Positions 12,401 through 22,284 of a stretch of DNA of 64,000 nt are shown piece after piece. The stretch comes from Cyanidioschyzon merolae. Its lineage: Eukaryota. Under the pieces are notes generated by a model. The model did not search any database and was not told the origin of the DNA. It worked only from the letters and a program-made list of their open reading frames with translations. Location: assembly GCA_000091205.1 (NCBI GenBank), contig AP006486.2. The stretch is one strand, 5' to 3'. Both the position numbers and the translations under genes were made by a program. Each line of letters starts with the position of its first letter. Positions within the stretch are counted from its first letter, which is position 1.

Positions 12401-15400
12401 TCACGCCCGCGATGGTGGACCCCGTCGCGCCGCTCGCTTCTGGGTACGGTATCGCTCCACGATGGTCGACAAGTGCGGTGTGGGTAGCGCGGCATTTCTT
12501 GTTCGCTCTCGCTCCCTCAAGACTCGTTGAAACGCTTGCCAGAACGCCACTATCTCATCGAAAGTGGGTCGTTGCTGTCGTCGCTGACGGAAACAGCCAT
12601 CTAGAAGCGATTTCAGGCCTTCGTCGGTGTCCGGTGGCGCTCTGAGACGTTCACCGCGCTGCGCTACTCGATAAATGACCTGAATGGGGTGTTCATCGGA
12701 CCAGGGCTTGTCACTGGTGATCAGCTCCCACACAATAACGCCGTAGGACCAGACGTCGCTCTTCTCATCGACGGTTTCTTGACGCATGACCTCGGGCGCC
12801 ATCCACTCGGGCGTACCCGCAGCACCCGTTGCCAACATGGTGTGCACACGAGAGCGGCTCAGACCAAAGTCGGTGACAATGGGCGTGCCTGTTTCGGCGT
12901 CGATGAGCACATTCGGGGACTTGAGGTCCCGATGGATCACCGGTGGCTGCTGCGCATGCAAGTACTGAACGCCTTGGGCGATCCCGAGAGCCAGTTGGGC
13001 AATTTCGGCGAGGCTGAAGGCAGGGCCGTCCGCAGCGGCCTTGCGCGCATGAATGAGACGATAGAGTGAGCCGCCGCTCACAAAACCCAGCACAATGCAG
13101 AGATGCGGTGACTTGGTTACCGCACCGATAAAAGGCACGATGTTCGGATGTTTCAATCGGCTGAGGAGAACCATCTCTTTCTGGAAATCCTCCACGGTTT
13201 CCAGACTGTAACCGTCGTCGTCGCGGGTCAGTTGTTTGACGGCGACGATGACACCGCGCCATTCGGCCATGAACACTTCACCAAAGGCACCGGCTCCGAG
13301 TTTGCTTCCAAAGCGAAGCTCTTCGTACGGAATATCCCATTTTTCACGCCATTCTCGGTCAAAAAGCAGTGGGGCATTCCCGTAATATTCCATCTCCGAG
13401 GCAGTAGATCCGTCGATGGGCCCGTCTTCCGCCTGTTGCTGCTGTTGTTGTTGTTGCTGCTGAGACGCTTCGCCAGCGGCGTTCAAGTCGCGCGTTCGAG
13501 CCGCCTGTAATGCTCGCTGTGCCTCTGTGTGCAGGTCGCGATCCGGCCTGGTCGATTTGTCTGCGAGCCATCCAGAAGACAGCGCGGATGCGGCATCAGC
13601 AGGGCCCTGCATGGTGCGTCGCTCCTCGAGGGCGCGTCCTCGAGCATCCGATGCCAACGCTGACTGCTGCTGCTGCCACATCTGCTGAGCGAGCGCACTC
13701 CTGCTCTGCTGCTGACGCAGGTGATCCACGCGTTCAAGACGACGATGAATTTGGGCGAGTTCTCCGATCGAACGCGTCAGCGCCTCGTGGTTGCTCTCGC
13801 GGCAGTCCAGAATGCTGCTTTTCGGGATGCAGTGAACGAGGGCCGGCAGGTCTGTACTCCGCCAGTAGATCATAAAGACGGTTTCAGGTCCACGCTCTAG
13901 CGCTCGGCACAGGGCCAAGGAGAACAGCGTCGCACATTGAGGTGAACGAAAGAAACCGTCGGAAACCAGAGCGACAAACCTCTTCGAATGCAGCATCGAA
14001 CTGTACCATTCATCCATAAAGAAAGCGGAGCGAATATCGGCCTCTTGGTCGGGAGAAACCGGCCCGTCAGCTCGACCTTGCTCCGATTGTTGCGCGTAAT
14101 GCGAATGTTCTGCTGCTCCGAGCGCAACCGTTGTGCCTTCCACGAATCCAATTCGCTCAGCGCTAGCGACGGGTTCGCTTCTGTCGCTGGACGACCTGTG
14201 CTGACCCTGGCCAGGATTTGATGCTGTCCAGTGTGTCGTGGGTGCAGCTCCACGATGATCATTCCGTGCCGCCGCCGCCGCCGCCAAAGACGCACCAGTC
14301 AGATCCGCAGTGGCGGGCGCTTGTTCCGCACCATCCATCGCTGGCGTTTCAGCGCTGACGCCAGGTTCGTCGTCGGCGACACTATGTTCAGGCCCGCTTT
14401 CCAAGGGCTCAGTGACCGCGTCGGCTGCATGACGCTGGAGCGCACGCTCCCTGAGGCTCCCTCTTGTGACGCCCTGTGCGTCTCCTTTGGACGTCAATGT
14501 CGTCGTATCGACGGTCTGTGGCTCAGCAGTTGCAGGCGTCGCAGATGCACCCGAAAGATTCGGGAAACCCCAGTGCGCAGTGCGCAATCCCCCGTCGTTC
14601 GACGGGGCCGCAATGTCCCACTCTTGGCGTTCGACCAGTTCTGTCGCAGCAACGTCCAGTGCACGACTGTGCACATCAAACACCTTAAAGCCAAAACGCA
14701 CGCGCAGTACGTGAATAATTTCCCATGCAACTTTGGTATCGTCCCGGTGGTACAATACGAAAAAATCCCGTTCTAGGCGACGCTTCGACGATGCCATCGC
14801 TTGCGAGGTAGCAATGGTGTCCGCGACCGGAGATACCAACTCGGGTGCGAGTTCGCTGCGCGTCTCGCCAGGAGCGCCCGAAAGCGGAGGTGCATCTCCG
14901 ACGCCATCTCCGGTCTGCACCGAAGCGACATGCTCGGACTTGGAACGCTTCGGGTCATAGCGCCCCTCTTCATCCATGCACTCACGGAACGACGAGAGCA
15001 GCCGCTGAACGCTCGGCGTGCAGAAGCCTCGCGGCACCAAGATGCGAATGAGGGGCAAGCTCAACCCGGCGCTACACCATCGCAGGGCCGCATCCAGCAG
15101 GTATGTCAAGACGTCGACTGCATCGGCCGCATACTCGAGACACAGCGGAAACATGACACTGCGGATACCCGTTCTGCCAGAGCAGAGCAGTGTTAAAAAT
15201 CCAAAAGCATGTTGGATGACTCGCTTGTACGATTGGGCCCGGTCGCCGTCGATCACCAGAATTCGGCGGAATTCGATGCCTCGCGGACGCGGGCGATGCA
15301 AAACGTTCGTCAACCAGGCAGCGTAGTGTCGTCGATAGGCGCGCTGCGGTTTTGCCTCGGCAGCTAGATCTGAGAGTTCGAGGCCGACTGAGCGCAGCTC

Positions 15401-16741
15401 GTCGAGCACGCTAGGGAGCTCGCACGGTCTTTCGGACGCGAAGTTGCCGGCGTCGGGGTTTCGTGCGCTTTCTAGACGCTCCGCTGTCTGGGCGGAGCGG
15501 GCGCCCTCGGATGCCGCCTCAAGCAATGTTGAGTTCTGGGACGCATCCGCGTGATTCCCGTTTCGCTCATCACTCAACGCGTCGTTGGTGCTCGAAAGCA
15601 CCCCGTGTCGGGCGTAAATCGAAGACGGGCGCGCAGCGGCTCTGGCTTCTGCGGGCGCCTGTGTCCTGGATTTCGCACAGATGGCGAGCAGGTCGACGGC
15701 GTCACCAGGTTGCATGGACACCGGCGATCCCTCGCTTATTTCTACAATGGATCGGCCAGAACCTCGAAGGATCGTGAAATATTGAACGCAGTTGAACGAC
15801 TGCCGAGGCAGCGGCACGGGCGGCAACGATACCTGCGCACGCGCCTCCTCCTGGAGAGTCTGGGGGCGCGCCCCATCGCTATCGCCGGTGTTGTCCGCGG
15901 GAACGCTGTCGCCATTGCTATCAGCGGCAGCATCGGGGTAGGGCGTTGCCACTCGTGCGTTGGTATCCACAGCACTACCGTGGTCCCCTGAGGACACGGA
16001 TAGAGAGCCCTGTTCTTGCACCTGGTCATGTGCTGACCACTGAGTGTCGTCAGTCGCAACGTTATCCTCGCTTGTCGACCGTACAACATCGGCAACACCA
16101 CGCTGAGTTGACGACTCTGGAGCCGTCTCTGCCCCATTCTGGATTTGCATAGTAGATGCAGTTGCGCCTGTGGGTGCTGCATCAGGAGCCTCAGGCTGCG
16201 CGCTGACCCCTGAACCTGTCGATCGGTCGGATCCGCTCGCAGTGGGCAACCGACTCGATACATTCCTGGATTCCGCCAAGATCGGGCTTTCTGCCAACGA
16301 CCCGCAAGTTCCATCCGTAGATTGGAACTCCTTCGCGCGCACCTGCTGAGCAGCACTCGCCGAGTTTTGCGCACGAATCGAGCCTGATGTCGAAGGTGCC
16401 CCTTTGCGATGCCGTGGTCGTGCAGCTTTACCAGTTTTTGATGCACTTGCACTCTGGGGCCGGTCACGCGCTGCGATGCTCGTAGCGGATGCCGAAGTTT
16501 TGATGCGCTCGGGCGTCGTACTTCCCTGGGCCCAGAGAGCCGTACTGGCGCCGAGCTCTGACGGCCCCAGTGTCGCGCCCATATTTCCCAGACCACTCAG
16601 ATAGGATTTTGCGAGCCACGTCAATATTCGGATGGGGAATGGACGCTTATCTGTTGGATTTGGCGTACGAAGCAGGCGCTTTCGTTGTTGGACGCCTCTG
16701 TCGTCGAGAGGCGTCGTAGTATGTCCCGAAGAGGGCGCCAT
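12401..16741 (-). CDS. Large multidomain Ser/Thr protein kinase: C-terminal TKL (Raf/CTR1/MLK-like) kinase domain (about 12560-13330), poly-Gln tract (about 13440-13470), TIR-like domain split by a low-complexity insertion (about 13830-14770), long disordered S/A/T/Q-rich N-terminus
   Basis: Kinase motifs: LGAGAFGEVF...VAVK, HRDLKSPNVLID, DFGLSR, GTPEWMAPE, DVWSYGVIVWEL. TIR-like: RDFFVLYHRDDTK...FGFKVFD, then after an insertion of about 210 aa SKRFVALVSDGFFRSPQCATLFSLAL...ETVFMIYW.STDLPAL. One uninterrupted 1446-aa ORF starting at ATG 16741. Confidence 0.85.
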   Translation of the reverse strand: MAPSSGHTTTPLDDRGVQQRKRLLRTPNPTDKRPFPIRILTWLAKSYLSGLGNMGATLGPSELGASTALWAQGSTTPERIKTSASATSIAARDRPQSASASKTGKAARPRHRKGAPSTSGSIRAQNSASAAQQVRAKEFQSTDGTCGSLAESPILAESRNVSSRLPTASGSDRSTGSGVSAQPEAPDAAPTGATASTMQIQNGAETAPESSTQRGVADVVRSTSEDNVATDDTQWSAHDQVQEQGSLSVSSGDHGSAVDTNARVATPYPDAAADSNGDSVPADNTGDSDGARPQTLQEEARAQVSLPPVPLPRQSFNCVQYFTILRGSGRSIVEISEGSPVSMQPGDAVDLLAICAKSRTQAPAEARAAARPSSIYARHGVLSSTNDALSDERNGNHADASQNSTLLEAASEGARSAQTAERLESARNPDAGNFASERPCELPSVLDELRSVGLELSDLAAEAKPQRAYRRHYAAWLTNVLHRPRPRGIEFRRILVIDGDRAQSYKRVIQHAFGFLTLLCSGRTGIRSVMFPLCLEYAADAVDVLTYLLDAALRWCSAGLSLPLIRILVPRGFCTPSVQRLLSSFRECMDEEGRYDPKRSKSEHVASVQTGDGVGDAPPLSGAPGETRSELAPELVSPVADTIATSQAMASSKRRLERDFFVLYHRDDTKVAWEIIHVLRVRFGFKVFDVHSRALDVAATELVERQEWDIAAPSNDGGLRTAHWGFPNLSGASATPATAEPQTVDTTTLTSKGDAQGVTRGSLRERALQRHAADAVTEPLESGPEHSVADDEPGVSAETPAMDGAEQAPATADLTGASLAAAAAARNDHRGAAPTTHWTASNPGQGQHRSSSDRSEPVASAERIGFVEGTTVALGAAEHSHYAQQSEQGRADGPVSPDQEADIRSAFFMDEWYSSMLHSKRFVALVSDGFFRSPQCATLFSLALCRALERGPETVFMIYWRSTDLPALVHCIPKSSILDCRESNHEALTRSIGELAQIHRRLERVDHLRQQQSRSALAQQMWQQQQSALASDARGRALEERRTMQGPADAASALSSGWLADKSTRPDRDLHTEAQRALQAARTRDLNAAGEASQQQQQQQQQQAEDGPIDGSTASEMEYYGNAPLLFDREWREKWDIPYEELRFGSKLGAGAFGEVFMAEWRGVIVAVKQLTRDDDGYSLETVEDFQKEMVLLSRLKHPNIVPFIGAVTKSPHLCIVLGFVSGGSLYRLIHARKAAADGPAFSLAEIAQLALGIAQGVQYLHAQQPPVIHRDLKSPNVLIDAETGTPIVTDFGLSRSRVHTMLATGAAGTPEWMAPEVMRQETVDEKSDVWSYGVIVWELITSDKPWSDEHPIQVIYRVAQRGERLRAPPDTDEGLKSLLDGCFRQRRQQRPTFDEIVAFWQAFQRVLRERERTRNAALPTPHLSTIVERYRTQKRAARRGPPSRA

Positions 16742-18626
16742 TCCAGTTCTGGTTACTGTTGCGTCCCGAGCATACAGCTGCGGTAGGCCTTGGTCTTATC
16801 ACAGAATAATGGCAGCGGTTCGCTTGAGCAAGGCCCACCGTTTCCCGCTCCGTAAACAACGCGCCGGTAAACACTCAGGTATATAAACTGACGCAAGATG
16901 CGGCTTCCGCAACCCGAACTGGAAGCGCAGCACCTGCCCCAGCACTTTCTGCCCTTAAAAAGGTTTGCGTGGCCGTCTGGTGCGCTGCTGGGCAACCGCC
17001 AGTCCAAGGTAAGGGACAGTACAACAAAAACTCGCCCTTTGGACGACTCCACGAAGGTTCCCTGTACCTCCGTGTACTTGTGAATAACGTTCACTTCGAG
17101 CTGCAGCGCGAGCAACAGCTGCACCAGACCCCGCTATACCTTCAGCTGCCACTCTCAACAAAGAACACTCTCCCCAAAGCGTGTAGAAGCAAGCGAGCCT
17201 CAGCCTCTAACCCCAGAGAAGTAGTCAGCGCACTTGCAAACGTCGCCAGCACCACCACAGTAACTTTCAGAGCTTAACGACCAGCTTAGCGCGCGTACAA
17301 GTCTCTGTAGTCTCTGAAAGCACGGGCACCTGAAAGACCCTCGACAACCTCAAGGTATGCAGCTGGAATCGACGTGCTCCGGCCGCCGTTGCGACGCGCG
17401 CGCAGAACATGGACACGGATGCGCCATGTGCACGCATGTGCGCATTCCGGGACACGTCACCAGGCGCTCCGCTGCGTGCAGCACCTCAGCGGCATCGCTC
17501 AGGCGCACTGCATCGATGCGTGGATCCGAAGGCGCGTACACCGCGCACCGCCCGATGTTTTTTCCATTTGTGTATATATATTGACCGTCTCGAAAGCAGG
17601 GAGGACACATTCCACTTTTAGTCCCTCTACTCGTTTGTTTTCCACCTCAATCATGTGGTATCGAATGCTGTTTTGTAGTGTATAGAAGGCGATCGACAAC
17701 ACGATGCAATGTAGTGTATAGATCGAAGATGAATAACCTGTTGGATATGTATTCTTAACTGAAGAATGCAAGGAGCACTGCATTCCTCTTTTAGGTCAGT
17801 CATATCAAAGTACTCAGATGGTTGAGGTACACTGAGAGAAACAATCGTAGGCGCGACGCACCAGTAACCGATATTCTCGAAGACTGCTTGCGATGCATGG
17901 CAGAAAACGAACCGTGGATCACCTAGCGCAAAGCAAACGTTACGATAGTAGCAACTAGGTGTGTCTCTTTTTTCCAATAGCTAGTTCACTTGGTCCTGAG
18001 GACACTGGGATACAGTCGCAAAAAAATATTCTAGTTCACGCACAGCCATCTTCCACTGTAATCGAAATCCCCACAGCTTTCCGGGAACGTCGAGATCGAT
18101 ATGAAGCACAGGAGCGTCGACTTGTTTTCTATGCCGATGGGCCCTTTTTCCGGAAGAAACCGTCGGAGCGTATATGGGTATGCGCATAGAAGACGTCCGT
18201 GGTGTGTATGATCGAACTCAAAGAGAACGAGGATATCAACACCAGTTCTAGCTGCATTGGAGTCATTCTGCGGCCTCAGTTTCGCTCGCAGAGAAGGATC
18301 ATACGAAAGCAACCACTTTGCCGAATCATTGAAGACTTTTTTTCAAGACGTCTGGTGACTTTCTTCTTTTACGCAACGTGGTATTCCACCATTCTTCTCG
18401 CGTTCCTGCTTTTGAAGATTCTATCAGGATAGAGATGCTTTTCATTCCAGCGTTCTCTTCGTGGTCCAACATCATTGAAGGAGCATTTTCTATCCTGAGA
18501 AGTAATGATCGCTTCTCTAGGCGAGTCGCTGAATCTTTAAGCCCATTCGTATACCGGGACACGTTTGGTCTTTCTTGCGCAAGCACTTCTCCATCTGGGA
18601 AGCGCCTCACCTAAGGCCATAAAAAA

Positions 18627-18908
18627 GTGCGTTCATTTGCAGATATAAAAAATTTAAGCAATGAGCTGGGGTCTACACTTCAGAGCGTCAAGATGGAGAG
18701 AAGGCAGCGGATCATTGCGGCAACAGAAAAGCTCAGAGAGCTGACAGAGCCGGATTTGGCAATGAGGGCACGCATCCTAGCAGTCCCCACTATGCTGCGT
18801 TCAACCAGAGGCGATAAACGCATGAAATTCGTGAACCGAGACGTTAACGCCGCCATCAATTTCAGGAGATCTGCAGTGCTGAAGACGAGACCTGCGGAAA
18901 TTACGTGA
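18627..18908 (+). pseudogene. Degenerate TnpB/Fanzor-like (IS200/605 OrfB, RuvC-III region) ORF fragment in an AT-rich island
   Basis: C-terminal ...LRELTEPDLAMRARILAVPTMLRSTRGDKRMKFVNRDVNAAINFRRSAV matches the TnpB RuvC-III signature (L.YKA...V.P.YTS ... DRDvNAAiNI), but the CxxC...CxxC zinc ribbon is absent. Upstream frames show a possible RuvC-II-like FEDSIRIEM at about 18414. The local base composition is AT-richer than the flanking genes. Confidence 0.4.
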
Positions 18909-19349
18909 ATCAACTTTTTGGGACACCCTCTCAGATCCGAGGTGTGCAGGGAGAAACTGAAACCGATAGCAGGGGGCCTGTCGAAACAGACGGGGAGGCA
19001 TCTGTGATTGCATACTCATTTACCGTCCATAGATGTGAACCGTTGTTCGCTTCACTGGAACATAGTCCAGAACGCGGGCGAACACGTGAAAGTGCGCTGC
19101 CTCATCTAGTTGTCATGAACATGAGCGTCTGTGAGATTTCTCTGGACTGCTTCCTTCCCAGCTGGGTCATTTCCGGGACTGGATACGCTGGTGCTTCGTG
19201 TCCCGCCAGCTACGATGTCAGCGCTAGCGTGACGATTACGCAGTTCCCCGCAATTGCAGACGCATTTCGTTACCAGGCAGAGGTTGTGATCTATGCTTCG
19301 CTTCTCACTTTCGTCTACTTTGTAAAAAGCCTCAATGCGCCTTTCGCAA

Positions 19350-20100
19350 CGATGCCACCTGACTCAGGTCGATTGTTCCCAAACGTTCACGCCAACTCCA
19401 CTGCCAGGCGGTGCACTGTGGCGAGTGACGGCTTGCTTCAGGACCCAGAACATCTCAGAGGCGGATACAAAAGGCTTCTCTCGATAGTCTCCCCGGCTCC
19501 GGGTCCAATGCCTTACTCCATGATCACGGACGTGTTCTGTGTGATACCCTCGGCGAGTATTCTTCCCGTTGCATACGCATATACACGCTCTTTCTTTCAA
19601 TAGAGGCGTTTCGGAACTCGGTATTATTCATGATAATACAAGTACCGGAAAGAGAATACAGGCTCGAGATCTTGTCCAAAAGATGCGCTCCATCTACGCG
19701 CACTCGGTGCAAAACGCTGCCACATGCTGCAATGGGAGTGGTCAATGCGATGACTGGAGTCCGAATCGGAGAACCTTTCCCATGCAAGCAGCAGAGACGG
19801 ATGCTTCTGACAGCATATCCGGCGAATGGTCTCATGCTGCTAGTGAATCCCGTATCATCGATAGACAAAAGAGAAGAGAATTCGTTTTTCGACCGGAATC
19901 GAGTAGTAGTCGTGGACGTGAAAAGTTCAGTGAACCTACCGCATGAGCTTGTGAGCAAGTCGACTAGGGACCATGTCGAGTTTTTTCACCTCATGAATGC
20001 AGCGGCGCGTGATGCTGTCCCCGCGACTTGCATTGTAACAAAAAGACGAGATACTTGAAACATGCGTGATGGATACATTCTATACATCAGGATCGAAGAA
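19350..20100 (-). repeat. Diverged copy B of the dispersed repeat family (inverted relative to copy A)
   Basis: The reverse complement aligns colinearly with 8400-9100 over at least 600 bp, e.g. cacgagctcatcccgactgttcactggact vs cacaagctcatgcggtaggttcactgaact. Shares the IDDTGFTSSMRPFAGYAVRSIRLCCLHGK block with the 1.4-kb repeats. Confidence 0.55.
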
Positions 20101-20626
20101 GTCTGGCGTCCTCTGCGCATGCTCTGGGCGATGATACAGGTTTTACCACAGAGTTCAGTTCGACGGTGTCGCAAATTATCTCGATTCCGGTGACGGAACA
20201 AATTCGAGCGGCAACGCGTCGGAGTTGCTTCTCCGAAACGACACCCTAGATTCCCGAACCTATATATGCGTCCGTGAACCCTTATTGATGCAATTGGAAT
20301 GTCAAAGCTTTAAATCTAAAACGAGAGTTTGCAAAAAATCGAAACGCAGGAACAGACTGAGCATCTCCGTATCTGCTTTTCCTCTGACACGGGTTTAGAT
20401 CGCCGCTGCGTACATCGTTTCCCAGAAGAAATTTCGCATGATATAGTTCCTGCCCTAGACGCTGAAGACGCTTGCCGACTCTGTGATACCTGATCGCGTC
20501 TTCAACCCTAAGCCAAAGAAAAACCGTGTCCTGACCTCGTGAGCGACACGTCCACAGACAGGTTTCCTGCGGCTTGTAGTCGCTAGCGCGCGTGCTTACC
20601 GGAGGTCAAACGCATAGGTGCCAGTT

Positions 20627-21295
20627 ATGGAGCCGGAGCAACCTGAAGCAGTGCTGTCTGGCGAAGAGCAAAAAGCATCAGGTGATTGTGATCAGATCCG
20701 CCTGTACATGTACGACTTTGGCCAGTGCGATGTCCACCGCTGTACCGGACGAAAACTGCTTCGTTGCGGTCTCCTGCGCACACAGCGGCTGAATGTTCCG
20801 TGTCATGGTGTCTTGCTCTCACCGGACGCAACCAGAGTGCTTTCGGCGGCCGATCTTCCACTAGTCGCCAAAGGTGGACTCGCTGTCATCGACTGCTCTT
20901 GGAACCAGGTTGAAGCACCGTTGTTGCGCCGCGTGCGTTGCCGAGGTCCCGGTCAAAGGAGGCTCCTTCCGTCGTTACAGGCTACGAACCCAGTCAACTA
21001 CGGGCGTGGTGCGCGCCTGACCTGTGCTGAGGCACTTGCAGCAGCGCTTTACATCCTCGGACAGAAGACAGCAGCAATTAGGGTCCTAGCTCCGTTTCGC
21101 TGGGGTGATGCGTTCTGGTCGGTGAACCAGACCGCCCTCGACATGTACGCCTCGTGTGCAGATGCGGAGTCCCTGGTGGCTGCGGAAGCTTCATGGCTTG
21201 CGCAGCTCGCTCAGGAGCATGAGCAGAACAAGACCCAATGGGATCCGTTTGCCGGTCTGGACTCGAGTGACTCGGACGAAGCGGAAGCATGCTGA
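20627..21295 (+). CDS. TSR3: Ribosome biogenesis protein TSR3 (18S rRNA aminocarboxypropyltransferase, DUF367)
   Basis: LYMYDFGQCD..RCTGRKL.R.GL, VLLSP, VIDCSW, LLP.L.A.NPVNYGR...L.C.EALAAALYI.G, FRWG..F. The ORF-track start at 20618 is GTG; the first ATG is 20627. Confidence 0.75.
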   Translation: MEPEQPEAVLSGEEQKASGDCDQIRLYMYDFGQCDVHRCTGRKLLRCGLLRTQRLNVPCHGVLLSPDATRVLSAADLPLVAKGGLAVIDCSWNQVEAPLLRRVRCRGPGQRRLLPSLQATNPVNYGRGARLTCAEALAAALYILGQKTAAIRVLAPFRWGDAFWSVNQTALDMYASCADAESLVAAEASWLAQLAQEHEQNKTQWDPFAGLDSSDSDEAEAC

Positions 21296-22284
21296 TTCTG
21301 CGGTGTTCGATTCGCCCCGCTGCCTGCAATGGTGTGAATACGTGAGATAATGAGGCTGTGTGCACGCCTTGCTGAAAAATTGTGGATGCTTGGATAAGCA
21401 TGCATACGAGACGTGCATTTGGTACACATGCCCCGGTCACTCAGCGCCACGTTCACAGTCGACTGGCTGGTAGATGACGAAGCTGCACAGACAGCGAAGC
21501 GTGTTCCTGCACGAAAAGCACGTCGAGACGATTTCACAATGGACCCGTCTTTGTGCTCGAGTCGCTGATCCACAAAGCAATGCAGAAAGGCAGTTTATTT
21601 CGGTAGGAATCTCGTTGAGATCGCGACAGTGCGAACCGCCAAGAACGGCGTCACGGTACATACCAAACTCGAGGTCAGTTGCAAGTCGTACCTGAGATCG
21701 TGGTAAGAATTCAGAATTTTAGATACATGAAGATGTGCTGTCTTGAAAGACAAGCGCACACGGCCCAGCACACGAGCACGTCGAATGCTTGAACACTGCA
21801 TTCGCGCGGATTCTAGGTCTGAAATCCCTATAAGCAATTGGCCTGAACAGAGTCGCTCGTGGAGCGCTCTCCATTACGCGGGCATTGTCCAGCACGCAGA
21901 TGCGGACACAGCGTCCAGGCACCGTGCACAGTACCCCCAATACCGGATGGGGCTTATTTACAGATGAAAAGTTCGGTGCAACGTCGAGTCATGGAGCAGA
22001 GTATCATCTGTGCCAGACGGCGCTTATGAAACGAGTGAAAAAATTCGATACGGACGTTTGTGGAGCCATGGATTGTATCTGCCTTCTGTTCTGCGTTGGA
22101 CGTCACGATCCACCAGCTCCCGGCTCGTGAAGGTGTCCGCTTGCGATGCATAGTATGCAACTGCAAGCTGGTGTCCCATCATGTGAGTACAAGCCATGGG
22201 CGAGCCCCAGACGCGCCGCCCACAGGTGACCGTGCGTCTCCCGTATCGTCAATAGTCGGCAGCGATAAACAAGGATCCCACGCC

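Noticed and set aside
14231-16596. Several 100-280-aa ORFs (e.g. 15742..16596 -, 14231..14776 +, 15551..15991 +) inside or antisense to the kinase gene
   Set aside because: These are alternative-frame or antisense ORFs within a continuous 1446-aa CDS. Their composition is Arg/Ala/Pro-rich, typical of out-of-frame GC-rich sequence.
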